DNA of 63,477 nt, counting the filler, from Neoconidiobolus thromboides FSU 785 (taxonomy: Eukaryota > Fungi > Entomophthoromycota): assembly GCA_025603075.1 (NCBI GenBank). It is 8 parts of 8 records of this genome, joined end to end, with 100 filler letters (N's around TTAATTAATTAA, not from the genome) between each part and the next. Parts side by side here need not be neighbours in the genome. Positions count along the whole stretch, not along the records: positions 37,680 to 42,721 come from MU626763.1; positions 42,822 to 57,027 come from MU626608.1; 6 more parts are not named here. One strand, written 5' to 3'. A program made the position numbers and the translations under genes. The notes under the pieces are model-generated. The model had not been told where the DNA came from. It saw nothing but the letters and a program-made list of their open reading frames with translations, and ran no database searches. Below, piece after piece: positions 37,580-49,754 of the stretch. How positions within the stretch are numbered: the first letter of the stretch is position 1; each line of letters begins with the position of its first letter.

Positions 37580-38328
37580 NNNNNNNNNNNNNNNNNNNNN
37601 NNNNNNNNNNNNNNNNNNNNNNNTTAATTAATTAANNNNNNNNNNNNNNNNNNNNNNNNNNNNNNNNNNNNNNNNNNNNACTTTTAGAATATAAGATTAT
37701 TGAGAAACTAAAAGATATTTGTCTTTTACAAAATGATAGCCAGCGTTTGATTGTTCATAATTTTTAGTTCAAACTTCAAATGTTATTCTTTGATTTAATA
37801 TTTTGGGTATTTATTGATATTTGATAATACTTTTACTTTTATTCATTCAAAATAGTTTGATAGTAGCTATGATTTATTTGATCAGATATTGGACTAACTT
37901 GGTAAGCTGTCCAAAGACAACAAGATGTTTTTACTATCTGTTATTGATTTTACAATACAAACTGATATCAAGAAATAGAATTAAAATAGGCTTGCTCTTA
38001 CTTAATGATCATATTATCTTTGTAATTTCAAGCTATTTATAATTTTATTTAAAGTTATGGAATAATAACAAATTAATAAACCTTTAAATCAAAAGTGAAT
38101 TCATAGCTGCTGCAACTTTATTATAATATAATTTGACTGTTTGTTTAAAAATAAAGTTTTGTTAAAATTAAGTTAAAATTAAAAAAATATAAAATATAAT
38201 TTTATTAATTTAATAGTTATTTATATTAGTTATGAAAGCAATTGTATTTTTATGGCCAATTTAATTATAGTTTATATACTTAATTTAAATTAATTTAAAT
38301 AACTTTGTTACTAAAATTAATAGTATTT

Positions 38329-38426
38329 GGGGATGTATTTTTTCGCTTAAGGATTTTGCTGATAATCTTTCCACTCAAATAGTGCTTAAAAATGGAAAAA
38401 GTAATGAAGACAAAAAAAATATCCCC
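38329..38426 (+). mobile_element. MITE family A copy (first of a tandem pair)
   Basis: GGGGATGTATTTTT...AAAAATATCCCC|AT. Confidence 0.88.
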
Positions 38427-38442
38427 ATTTATAAAACTATAT

Positions 38443-38539
38443 GGGGACGTATTTTTGTGTTTAAGAATTTTACTAACAAACTTTCTGCTTAAATAGTGCT
38501 TAAAAATGGAAAAATAATGAAACTAAAAAAAACATCACC
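38443..38539 (+). mobile_element. MITE family A copy (second of a tandem pair)
   Basis: AT|GGGGACGTATTTTT...AAAAAACATCACC|AT. Confidence 0.88.
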
Positions 38540-39836
38540 ATATAAAGAATTACAAAAGAATTTATTCTATGTTTTAATATCTATATTTTATAAAATTTAA
38601 TACATAATGATCAGAACCAAAAGTTATTTTGGCTTAATAACTGGTTATAAATTAGTAAACTTTAGTTTGTATAATTAAAATAAATTCGAAACATAGAAAA
38701 TAATATATGAAAATGTATTTTTATCTTTAGTGATTTTGTTAAGAAAATAATTTTAAGAATAATTTATTATATTAAAAAGTTTTTTTACGATTTGCATTAA
38801 AATGCTATATATAAATATAATAGCTATTATAATTTTTTATTATAACTATCAAATATAAATATTAAAATATTAAAATATTAAAATAAAGTTTTCTGAAAAT
38901 AAAAAACAAAAAATTTTATAACAAATTTAAATAAAAAACTTCAAATCAATTACATGTAAATTTAAAAACATTAAATTTTAATAATAAAATTACTTAAATT
39001 TAGTTAAATTAACTATAAAAGTATAATTACTTTTATAATTAATTTGAATAGCTGCTATAGTATAGTTAATTATAAAATTGATAAAATAATGTTTTATAAA
39101 ACTTCAAAACAATATGATTGTTTTGAATTATATGTTTGACTCTGACTTTTAATATTTTGTATGACCTTAAGTGTAAATTTATTAACAAATTCAAAGTTTA
39201 ATTTAAAGAATTAATTTAAGTTTAAAGAATTAATTTAAGTTTATTAAATTCCAAGGATTGTAGCTGTTGCAATTCTATTATGATCTGATTTGTAATAGTT
39301 TTTGGAGTCAATAAATTACTTGGTTTTTTTAAGGTTAAATTATAGCTTTAGCCTTAATTTTAAAAGATTTTATTTTTAAGTGAGTAATTTATTAGGTCAA
39401 AATAAGTTATAGCACAGCTGTAAAATTAGAACATTATGCTATTCTATAAATCAAAATAAAGATTTTACTGTGCTAGGATTAAAGTTTTATTTACAATCAA
39501 TTAGATTGTTGTAAAATAAGTAAAAACCTTATCAAAATCATTTACATGGGATTTATAAGTAGAACCTGATCACCTGATATTGATCCTATTATTGAATCAT
39601 ACGCAAATAGTCTTTTTGTTTTTTTAGATTATATCACACTTTATGCATTATTTGAAAAAAAAAAAGAATATCCCTTATCTTGTCAAAGACCATAGTCTAT
39701 TTCATGTTCCTAATATCAAATATGGTAATTTAACGTAGAATTGGTACCAACGAATTAACACTTAAGTCAAGATCAGATTTTACTAGTTAAATATACGTAA
39801 TTCAATACTTATGCATTATTATTATTCACTGTTAAA

Positions 39837-41465
39837 ATGAACAACCAATTGTCAATTATCAAAACTAGAGTTAGACCATCTTGTGATCAGTGTTATTATG
39901 GAAAAAGAAGATGTAATTTAACAATGCCTGCTTGTAGCAGTTGTAAAAAAAGAGAGCTTACATGTACAAGCAATCGAAAAAATAAGCGAAAACCAATAAT
40001 GTGTGGCAATGAAGACTTTCACTCAAAGTCCTTTTTACTATTTCAATCAGATAAAGTGACAAGAAAAAGAAAGGCTAGAGATGCAATACTTCTAAGTTGT
40101 AAGCACACTAATCATTGCAGAATCTCCCTCGGTGGAAGTAGATTTAATTCTAATATATCAATTGTTTCTATTTTCCCAATTAAATCATTTCATTGTCCTT
40201 TGTTGTTTGATCAAAGCTCCAATTTCTTTTATAAAGTTGCACCAAATCAATACCTTAATTCTTTCTTCAGAAAAATGCCGCCAGTAGAGTCATGTAATAT
40301 CATAAAAGATAATATTGATATTCATTATAGTGTAATGCAACTTATAGCTATTTATTTCCAGAGGATTAATTTATTATTACCCTTATTTACTTATAATCAA
40401 TTTTTAAGTAAAAAAAGAGATATTGTATTAGTTTATTCCATGATATTAGTTGTTCTGGCCCATATTGATGATAGTGACAAATCATCTGGTTTAAAAGCAG
40501 CTTTAAGAGATAAAGTATTGGAACATTTACAGCCAAATCGATTAAAAGTTAGCTTAAATAACATTCAATCAATGGTGATATTACTAAATGGTTTGAAAGG
40601 GAATGGTTTAGCACTACCCTCTTACTACTTCTCAACTTTAAACAATTGTTGTGTAATGCTAGGCTTACACTTAAATTATAAAAATGACGCTGAGAGAAAG
40701 CTATGCTATTCAGCAGTTGTGTTTTTATTGTCTATTGATGATCCCTACTCTAACTTATCATTTGATAGCCACAACTTGTGGAAACAATATACGATATTAC
40801 CAGTACTAAATAAGAGCGAAACAATTGAAACGATAATACAACTAGTACTGTTAATTTACTCAAGCTATTGCTATAACTACGGTTTATTTTGCAAACATTT
40901 TTTTGATACTTTATTACATTTTGATTTATTAAATATAAGTAATGGAAAAGTAATTAAAATCAGTATCTTATTGGAAGCTTTATTGGAATTCATCACTGAA
41001 CGGATACTAAGCAAATATAAAATGCTCAAAGGAGCTGTTTTAAACAAGGCATTAGATGAAGTTATAAGTATATTCGTTGCACATATAAAAACAATTTTTC
41101 ATTCTAGCAAGGCTGTTTTATACGCCATTAAATGGGCAGCATTAGATGGTGACAAAGAAAGCTTGTTTTCTAAACACTCATTAAATGAGAAATCAAAAGA
41201 TTCAGAAGATTTGAAGAGTCTGGAAGCTAATATCCAGTCTTTTATCATACACAGTTCTAAATTAAAAGTAAAATACTATTCTCCTACTCGATTTTTTTCT
41301 TTTTTATTAGTTATTGGCACTATCTCGTCTCATTCTAAATGGATCAATAACTCTGGTATTTTATTAAATCAAACTTTAGTTCAATTTAACAAATTAGCAA
41401 AAAGCCATAGCGCAAGTCTGGTAGGAGCCATTGAGCTTATATTGCAGCTTTGTAGTTCAAAATAA
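39837..41465 (+). CDS. Zn(II)2Cys6 transcription factor; intronless
   Basis: SCDQCYYGKRRCNLTMPACSSCKKRELTC; middle-homology-like YFQRINLLLPLF. Confidence 0.88.
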   Translation: MNNQLSIIKTRVRPSCDQCYYGKRRCNLTMPACSSCKKRELTCTSNRKNKRKPIMCGNEDFHSKSFLLFQSDKVTRKRKARDAILLSCKHTNHCRISLGGSRFNSNISIVSIFPIKSFHCPLLFDQSSNFFYKVAPNQYLNSFFRKMPPVESCNIIKDNIDIHYSVMQLIAIYFQRINLLLPLFTYNQFLSKKRDIVLVYSMILVVLAHIDDSDKSSGLKAALRDKVLEHLQPNRLKVSLNNIQSMVILLNGLKGNGLALPSYYFSTLNNCCVMLGLHLNYKNDAERKLCYSAVVFLLSIDDPYSNLSFDSHNLWKQYTILPVLNKSETIETIIQLVLLIYSSYCYNYGLFCKHFFDTLLHFDLLNISNGKVIKISILLEALLEFITERILSKYKMLKGAVLNKALDEVISIFVAHIKTIFHSSKAVLYAIKWAALDGDKESLFSKHSLNEKSKDSEDLKSLEANIQSFIIHSSKLKVKYYSPTRFFSFLLVIGTISSHSKWINNSGILLNQTLVQFNKLAKSHSASLVGAIELILQLCSSK

Positions 41466-41794
41466 GATTAGAATATTCTTCAGTATAAATGTGTTAATTG
41501 ACAATTATAAATCAAATATCTGTAATGTTTTAAACTTTCCTTTGTACCCTGAGAAAATGTAATATTAATTAAGTAACTTTATAAACATCAAACCACATTC
41601 TTCCTCTGTTTTAAATAAATATCCAGTTCTAAAAAACATACAAAATTATTGCAAAATAAAATTGAGACATAAGATATTAAAAATTCACAACATTTAATAA
41701 TATTTTTTAGATTAGATAGTGTTATATAGAGATGTCTGAATGGTTTAAAAATTTAAAAATTAATTCAAATTAAATTTATAAGTCCTTAATATAT

Positions 41795-42721
41795 GGGGCT
41801 GTCGGAATTGGTTTTAGAATTTACTTAGAAGTGTGAAATATCGCTTTGTCAGTCCCATGGTTAATTATAGTATAACAATCGCCTAAGCTGCTGCGTTCTC
41901 GAGTTCAGAGAAAATCAATCCCACGTTCTTAGTTTGATTTGCTATGAGAATTTCTAGCTCCATCCCAGAGAATATTATCTTCTCATTTTGATATCTATAC
42001 TTTTCAGAGTATAAAAGAGTTTACAGAGTATAGTAGTTCGAGGCTTTTAACTGAATTATTCTTAGATATCTCGGACATTTAACAAAGCCACTAAGTTTTC
42101 TTAATAGTATTTTACGTAGATTTACATTAGTATTGTCTGTTCTATTTGTCTTATATAGCTTGTAACCTATTACGTCCTATTTCTCATAATCCAAGTCTAC
42201 CTTAGTCACATAAACTAAGACCTTTCGACTTATAGTGTAGTCAACCCAACAATAGCTGTTCTTGACTCCAAACACTGAGTACCAGATTTCATAGAAGTTA
42301 ATCCAAATTTTAAATTTTTAAATTTGTGTCTAATATGACGGTTAAATCTAAAAAGCCTAAATTAAATCTCTCTATTTGAAACTTATTTTAATTGTTTTCT
42401 TTTCTTAAATAGCTATTTTCATAATATGTTCTAGTTATTTCTGTTAGATATTCAATAGACATATAATATATAACCGTATGATCATATAATTATATAAATA
42501 CACTTATTTGACTTTATTTTTTGTTGAAATAAAAATAAAATGCAAACTTTCATAACTAAACTTCGAGATGGAATTTTTGAAAACTTCAATACAATAGGGA
42601 GGAGTACACAATATAAACATTGTAATTCGTTTACATCCAATTTTAAGAGCTACTTATAACAACCCAAGGTTTATGGAATTTTATAATAAAACAAAACAAA
42701 GAAAAGATATATTATCAAAGT
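41795..42721 (+). mobile_element. TIR element family B, left part carrying a nested solo LTR; runs into a gap
   Basis: AT|GGGGCTGTCGGAATTGG...; the B sequence resumes at 42294 after the 462-bp insert. Confidence 0.82.
41832..42293. mobile_element. Solo LTR (462 bp) with 4-bp TSD GAAG
   Basis: Termini TGTGAAAT...ATTTCATA; GAAG at 41828-41831 and 42294-42297; the empty site is visible in the other B copies. Confidence 0.85.
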
Positions 42722-42821
42722 NNNNNNNNNNNNNNNNNNNNNNNNNNNNNNNNNNNNNNNNNNNNTTAATTAATTAANNNNNNNNNNNNNNNNNNNNNNN
42801 NNNNNNNNNNNNNNNNNNNNN

Positions 42822-43143
42822 ATTATCTTCTCATTTTGATATTTATACTTTTCAGAGTATAAAAGAGTTTACAGAGTATAATAGTTCGAGGCTTTTTAAC
42901 TGAATTATTCCTTGATATCTCGAACATTTAATAAAGCCACTAAGTTTTCTTAATAGTATTTTACATAGATTTTACATTAGTATTGTCTATTCTATCTGTC
43001 TTATATAGCTAGTAACCTATTACATGCTATTCATCATAACCCAAGTCTATCTTAGTCACATAAACTAAGACCTTTCGACTTATAGTGTAGTTAACCCAGC
43101 AATAGCTGTTCTTGACTCCAAATACTGAGTACCAGATTTCACA
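42822..43143. mobile_element. LTR of the same family, left part lost in a gap
   Basis: Highly similar to the right ~320 bp of 41832-42293; ends ATTTCACA. Confidence 0.82.
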
Positions 43144-43287
43144 TCACACAGTTATTTAATTAAAAAAAGGTCTGATAAAGAGGAGGTTAAAAAAGAGCAA
43201 CCATCTTTATATACTGATTCATAAGCTTGGGTAATATGAAAGTCAAAGCTTATAATCAGCTAGTTGAACTAAGTTGATGCTATATAT

Positions 43288-43385
43288 GGGGATGTATTTT
43301 TGTATTTAAGGATTTTACTAACAATTTTTCCGCTTAGATAGTGCTTAAAAAATGGAAAAAATAATGATGTCAAAAAAACATTTCC
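43288..43385 (+). mobile_element. MITE family A copy
   Basis: AT|GGGGATGTATTTTT...AAAAAAACATTTCC|AT. Confidence 0.88.
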
Positions 43386-44627
43386 ATAGAAGAATGTCTT
43401 TCTAGTACACAATTTAAGGCTTCTAGTAAATAAAGTAAAAATAAATTAGGTAGATTTAAACTATTAATTTGGAAAATGGTATTTTCACTAAGAATTCAGA
43501 AGCGTTATTGGTGATACAGCATATATCTCATCATGTAATCAAGTAATTTCTATAAAGAGTAGTTTTTTTGTCAAAGGCTATTTGCCTTTAAAATTGTATT
43601 CACTTTGTTGAAAGTATGCTGTTATCTTAAATTTTAGACTTGTAATTAAAGTAATATCTGCGTTAAAGTCCACTGATAAATCGTGTTTATTTAATTCTGC
43701 CTTAATTTGTTATATCTCTATGGCGAAAATTTCATATACTTGCTTTAAAAACTAATTACTAACAAGCTAACATACTCTTTGATTAAATAAATGTAACAAT
43801 AGCAATGATTAACTTGAAATTCATCTTTTAACTATTTAATAGCTATAAAAACGCTCGATTTAATAATATAGTTATCTAAAACATCAAACATTTATCTGTT
43901 AGTTTTAAATTAAAGCTATATAAAGTTTTATGACCAAAACTAAATGATAACAATCATGATATAGAGTCTAATATTTCATATAAAAGGTGGATACTTATCA
44001 CACTTTTAGTGTTTGTAGTCATATTAAACTATCGAAACCTAAATTCTAGACTTCTAAGTTATAATTATATAAATTTAAAATTCTAATATAAAAAGCACTT
44101 GGTATACGAAGAATTGTTTTTGATAATGTGTTTTTATCTAGCACTTTAAATTCAATGTTTTTTCTATATAAAGCCTTGAGCGTCGTCTTTTATATCAAAG
44201 ATATTAAGGCTTTTATAAGCTTCACTCTTTCACTGAAATTCCAAATATTTTATTTGACAATAGGGGAACAAAAGATAAATGTAGAACATCTAAAGATGAT
44301 AGATAAATGAATTGATCAAAAAGGTTAAATAAGACAAAAAGAAGTTTAAGTTTGATTAACATAAACGTTCTGATTTAGATTATAATTAGCTTGAACCTTT
44401 ATAATTAAAATTGTAAGCATTTGTAAGAAAATTATGGTTATTTCTAGATTATACTTTTTTTTAGAATATCTACCATTTGAAAAGAACAAAAGATAAACTT
44501 CTTAAAAAGATCCATTGTCTTGTATAAAGCTACATTGTGAGATTTAGTTTTACATTAATTTATTTTTTTATGCTTTGAAATGGTTAAATATAAAGTATCA
44601 ATCTTTAATCACAACAAAGTAAGAAAT

Positions 44628-44726
44628 GGAGATGTATTTTTTTGTTCAAGAATTTTACTAATAATCTTTCTGCTCAAATAACACTTAAAAATAGAAAAAA
44701 ACGATGAAATCATAAAAAATATCCTC
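44628..44726 (+). mobile_element. MITE family A copy
   Basis: AT|GGAGATGTATTTT...AAAAAATATCCTC. Confidence 0.82.
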
Positions 44727-45493
44727 AAGTAATAATCTCAGTAATTTAATAGTGCTAAAAACTACTGAAGAAAGGAAATAAAAGAGTCTTTAAAACTGGG
44801 TACAAATCAATACGGATCTCAGTGAAAACACTGTATTAAAAATTGCAGTATATTAATTGACAAGATAATATAAAGTGAATTTTAATTTCAATTGTTTAAT
44901 TCAATTTATAAATTAAAACTAAATTAAGGATCAAATATAAATTAACTATCCTTAGTTAGGGTGGTTAAGTTGATTTTATATAAATAAAATAATAAATATT
45001 GAATTTTAAGTGATAATGAAACTGATTAATTGGGGTGGATAAAATAGAAATTTTAACTAAGAAAGAATGGAGACATTAAAAAGAATTTAACTAAACGTTT
45101 GAAATAATTATAATAAAAGTAAACTGAAATAAACAAAGTTTTAATTTTGTATAATATAAGTATACAACTTATTATTTAAAGTTTTGTATTAATTTTATAC
45201 TGTTCTTAATAACGATTTAAACTTTTACAAAAAAGATTAACCAAAGATTACAGAAAATAAAACGCCATAAGATTATCGAGCCAAATGAAACATTTATAAT
45301 AAATTTATTTAATAGTTATGCCATAACAAAAATCCAACTTCAAGGTGGGTGAAGATGAATAAAAATGATAAACAAGGACTTAAATAAGGTGAATAGTAAG
45401 GATGGTAACAAAAATAATAGTATTTAAACTAGCTTTGATGAACTTTATAAAAAAAAGAAATATTGCTGTCTTTTAGTAATTTTTTAAATAAAG

Positions 45494-46489
45494 ATGAATT
45501 ACGAGAATGATATTGCTATGGCAATGGCTTTTCCATTCCCAATTTTCGGCAACAATGGGGTAAGCTCGGTTAATAAGATCAATAAGTTAAACTCCATTAA
45601 AGAAGATGATGTCAACAATGATCAGGATGAGGCCATTGATTTAAAAGAAGATGAAGAAGAAGAAGAAAAGGAAAAGGAAATAGGTATGACAAATAACCCA
45701 GTTGAAATCAATGACTTATTTAATAATATGTCATTAAACAATAACAAATATGATAGTACAATTCCAGTTTCACGTAAAAGAGCCGATTCTGGTATCAGTT
45801 TAGGATCTGAAGATAACGGTGACATTCCAGCTTTAAACATTAACAAGTTCAATAATAGCAATAACAACAATTCAAGTTTATTAGACCAAGCAATTGATAT
45901 GCTTGGGCTTATTATTAATGGAAACAAAACAAACATAAATAATGATTCAGCAAAACCCCAAAGTAATGAAAAGGAGGAAGAAGTGATGGATATCTATAAC
46001 ACTTTATTAGATCTTAAGAGTACGATTCAACTACCAGATGAAAATGAAATTATTACTAATATTAATAATCAAATTGTTCATTCCCCAACAGAAGATCAAG
46101 AGATCAAAGAGGAAACAATTAAAGAAACCATCTCATTAAGTGAAGCTATAAATCAATTCGAAAAAGATAATCAAAGTGTTTTTGATGATGATGACGATAA
46201 TGCTACTTCCACTAGCTTGGCAAGCTTAAAAGAAGAAAATTATAAGGTATTATTTGATAGCTTGCTAGAATTAGATTCAACTGAATTAAATATCAACTCG
46301 CATGCATGGAATAGAACAAAAGAGTACATTGTTCGTTATTTAGGTAATTATACTGATTTTAGCAGATGGACTATGGATTCTTCAAATAAGTATATTGCTA
46401 TCCCTGTTGTTGTTTCTTTTACTTTAGCTATCTTCTTTTTAAATTTATCTAAGTTTACTATTAATTCCTTGTTAAAAAAAAAAAAATGA
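45494..46489 (+). CDS. Uncharacterised acidic/Asn-rich protein with a C-terminal hydrophobic segment and basic tail (tail-anchor-like)
   Basis: Intronless 331-aa ORF ending YIAIPVVVSFTLAIFFLNLSKFTINSLLKKKK*. Confidence 0.7.
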   Translation: MNYENDIAMAMAFPFPIFGNNGVSSVNKINKLNSIKEDDVNNDQDEAIDLKEDEEEEEKEKEIGMTNNPVEINDLFNNMSLNNNKYDSTIPVSRKRADSGISLGSEDNGDIPALNINKFNNSNNNNSSLLDQAIDMLGLIINGNKTNINNDSAKPQSNEKEEEVMDIYNTLLDLKSTIQLPDENEIITNINNQIVHSPTEDQEIKEETIKETISLSEAINQFEKDNQSVFDDDDDNATSTSLASLKEENYKVLFDSLLELDSTELNINSHAWNRTKEYIVRYLGNYTDFSRWTMDSSNKYIAIPVVVSFTLAIFFLNLSKFTINSLLKKKK

Positions 46490-46904
46490 TTTTATAAGTT
46501 ATTTTTTTATTTATTATTATTTACAAAATAAAGTTATATTTATTATTACAAGTATAATTTAAATTATGTTTTCAAGTTATTTTATAACTTGACATTGGCC
46601 AGTATAATTCAAATAAAAGATTGAAAGCTTAACTTCAATTTATTATCATGAAACATGTTATGAGTTTGTATTAAACACATAAATAGATATTGGAAATATT
46701 TCTCAATAGTATAAATTAGTAAGTAAACTATCAATTATTAGACGATATAAAAGCTGAAAACAGACCACTTTTTGTAACTTATAATTAATTATATATATTA
46801 AATTAATAGTTAATATGTATTTGTATTATGAAGGTGTTATGGTAGTAATCAAAAACTAGGCTGATGTTTAAAAACTAATAAAACTAGGGGCTAAAATATT
46901 ATAT

Positions 46905-47003
46905 GGGAGTGTCTTTTTTGACTTCATTATTTTTTCCATCTTTTAAGCACTATTTGAGCAGAAAAATTGTTATTAAAATTCTTAAATACAAAAATACATC
47001 CCC
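46905..47003 (-). mobile_element. MITE family A copy
   Basis: AT|GGGAGTGT...AAAAATACATCCCC|AT. Confidence 0.87.
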
Positions 47004-47679
47004 ATATTATTAAAGATTACACAAATGTAATAAATATAAAATTGATCAAATGGAAGATATAGATCAAAACCACAAACAATTAAATTAAAATAAGCTAGAT
47101 AAAAAGCTCAATGTTAAACTAGAAAAAGAATTTAATTTAATAATAATCCTTATTTTAATTATTGTATTATTAATAACATGATACAATATATTAATAAGAA
47201 TATATTCAAAATGGATAAAAACTTAAAATTCAATAACCCCAAAATGAGCAATTGTTTTAAGTGTATTGGACTAGAGTATAAACTAAACCTAAGCCTCAAG
47301 CTTAAATGGGAAGTAAAAAATAGGGTGAAATAATTAAGGTGAAATATAATTAATAAAGTCCAAAATTTGGGTTAAAACCAATTAAATCGAAAATATACTT
47401 TAGAAAAGTAATAATAAAATAAACAAACATTGGACAAAAAAATTATGAAGTATAAAAATAAAGTAGTAACTCTTTTTTTTTGATCTTAATACTATTTAAT
47501 TGTTCTGATTACTAAAATAATCCTATTTATTTATCAATTCTGACATTAAAGGGGAGACAAAAAGAGAACAATCTGGATATACGACTATTAATATAAATTT
47601 TATTTAAATCTTTTTTATTTATCAAACAGAACATTTATTTATATTTCTTTTTTTTTTTTTTGGAAAAAGCAAAAATAAT

Positions 47680-48426
47680 ATGAATAAATTAAATAATAAA
47701 GACAACAAGAATAGGAATTTATCATTACCTTCGATTACTCATTTGCTTGAACAACCCTCAAACGATTTTAATAATAGCAGTAATGTAAACAATATTTCTA
47801 TATGTGATAATATAAATAACATCAGTAGTGTACATAATAATAGTAGTAATAATTTGATACAATTTAATTCTAGTTTTAATAATCAGATCAACGACTTAAA
47901 CTTTGCCAATTTAAAGCAATCCTCCTCTTCATCGCTGACATATACTATAAATAATGATATAGTAAACCTATACAATAAAAATACTATCATAAACCAACCT
48001 CGGCAACCTTCATCAAATGTATTACTAAAAAATCAATTTAACCAAAATGAGGAAGAAGATGATAAGGAAGATATTAATGGCATTAATTTAATCTATAACG
48101 ATAGTTTATATACTAATAATCCAATCAGCGCTGTACTAGTCCATCCACATAACAAGATCCAAATGATTGAATACGAACAAAATTTTGATTTAGAGAAACA
48201 AGATGAGATGATCAAAGAGAGTCATAAACTTGCAGAAAGACAGCGACGAAAGCAAATGAAACAATTGTTTGAGAATTTACGTCAAGTATTACCTGCAAAC
48301 AAGTTAAATAAGGCCTCAAAATGGGAGATTTTATCACAAGCGATCAACTACATTAATTCTTTAAAGTGCAAGAATGACCAAATGTATAATGAATTACAAA
48401 GGTTGAAATCAACCTCTTTTAGTTAG
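47680..48426 (+). CDS. bHLH transcription factor (Myc/Max-type basic region)
   Basis: ESHKLAERQRRKQMKQLFENLRQVLP...KASKWEILSQAINYI; N-terminal LPSITHLL motif. Confidence 0.9.
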   Translation: MNKLNNKDNKNRNLSLPSITHLLEQPSNDFNNSSNVNNISICDNINNISSVHNNSSNNLIQFNSSFNNQINDLNFANLKQSSSSSLTYTINNDIVNLYNKNTIINQPRQPSSNVLLKNQFNQNEEEDDKEDINGINLIYNDSLYTNNPISAVLVHPHNKIQMIEYEQNFDLEKQDEMIKESHKLAERQRRKQMKQLFENLRQVLPANKLNKASKWEILSQAINYINSLKCKNDQMYNELQRLKSTSFS

Positions 48427-49221
48427 GATAGGTGGCGGTTTGTGGTATTTATTAAAGTATTTGTGTCTTCACTATTTTTAGCCCTCTTTTTAATTCTCAA
48501 CCTACCTTTTTTTGTACCAATAAAAATTTAAACTAATCACCTCTATTTTGTAAGGTATTATTACTTTTTTATTGACTTTCTTATAAGTATTATATTTATT
48601 TTCGTAATTAAATAACTTTTCAACCTTAACATTATCCTTAAACCCAATTTTTAGTTTAACATGTTATTATTAGGCATATACTCAAATAATAAAAAAGGGT
48701 TAAAATAAAGTTTGATTTAATTATTAGCTTTTACAACTTGTTTATTCTTTTAATGTAAAGCTAAAATATAATATAATTTGTTTTAAATTTGATTTCAATA
48801 GTGTTTCACTAAAAGAAAACTCCTTTTTATTTTTATTTTTATTTTTATTTTTAAAAAAAACCGATTTACTAAATAATTTATTGCAATTTCAACACTAGTA
48901 AGATCCCAACTTTGTCTATAAAATATTAAGTTATAAAAGCTACTTATATAAATTTTAAAATTCAAAATATAAAATATAAAATAAGAGTAATAAAAAAGTA
49001 TTTACTTTATTTTTGAAATAATAAATTATTTTTGTTCAAATTGTAGGTATAATATTTATAAATTTTAAGCTCAAAAGTGGACTAAAACTGAAATGGAAAA
49101 ATACTTTCCCATATAGTTTTAAAATAAGCTTACTATTGCATAATTTTATACCAATTAGTCCAATAATATACGTGAGAAAATAAAACAAAGGAATTTTAAG
49201 TAATCACTTTTTAAGTAAAGA

Positions 49222-49740
49222 ATGAGTATTAGTAGAATTAAATACATAGAAATTCAGCAAGTGAAAGAACTAATACTGAGAAATAAAAACAATTTGAAGT
49301 AACAAAGCAATAATAGCTTAATTGTTTAGCTGTTTACTAACTTTTTCTTATAGCAAAGATTATCTGATAGTAGATGTAAGAGATAACGATTATATCGTAA
49401 GTAAGCAATTTTAAATGATAAAATAAAAACTAAAGTCAGGAAGGGAGGTCATATAAAAGGAAGTATAAATATGCCCTCGAATGAGTTTAGAAATGAGGTA
49501 CAAAATTTCCATTCAAATAATAAAGGCATAAAAAAAATCATTTTCCATTGTGCTTTATCTCAAGTAAGGGGTCCGAAATGTGCTACAATTTATTCCAATT
49601 ATTTGGCTAGTCTAAATGATGACTTAAATCAAGATTCACAAATTTATATTTTAAGAGGTGGCTTTACATCTTGGCAATATTTATATGGTAACAATAGCGA
49701 ATTAACAGAAGATTATAATAGTGAATTATGGAAAGAATAA
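49222..49740 (+). CDS. YCH1: Cdc25-like rhodanese phosphatase / arsenate reductase (Ych1/Ibp1/Acr2 type); 3 exons
   Basis: YLIVDVRDNDYI|GGHIKGSINMPS...IIFHCALSQVRGPKCA...ILRGGFTSW...TEDY; HC(X)5R motif. Confidence 0.88.
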
Positions 49741-49754
49741 ATTAAATTAAATTT

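Noticed and set aside
39200-39242. Short tandem duplications (TTTAAAGAATTAATTTAAG x2; GTTAA repeats near 55790)
   Set aside because: Ordinary slippage repeats in AT-rich DNA.
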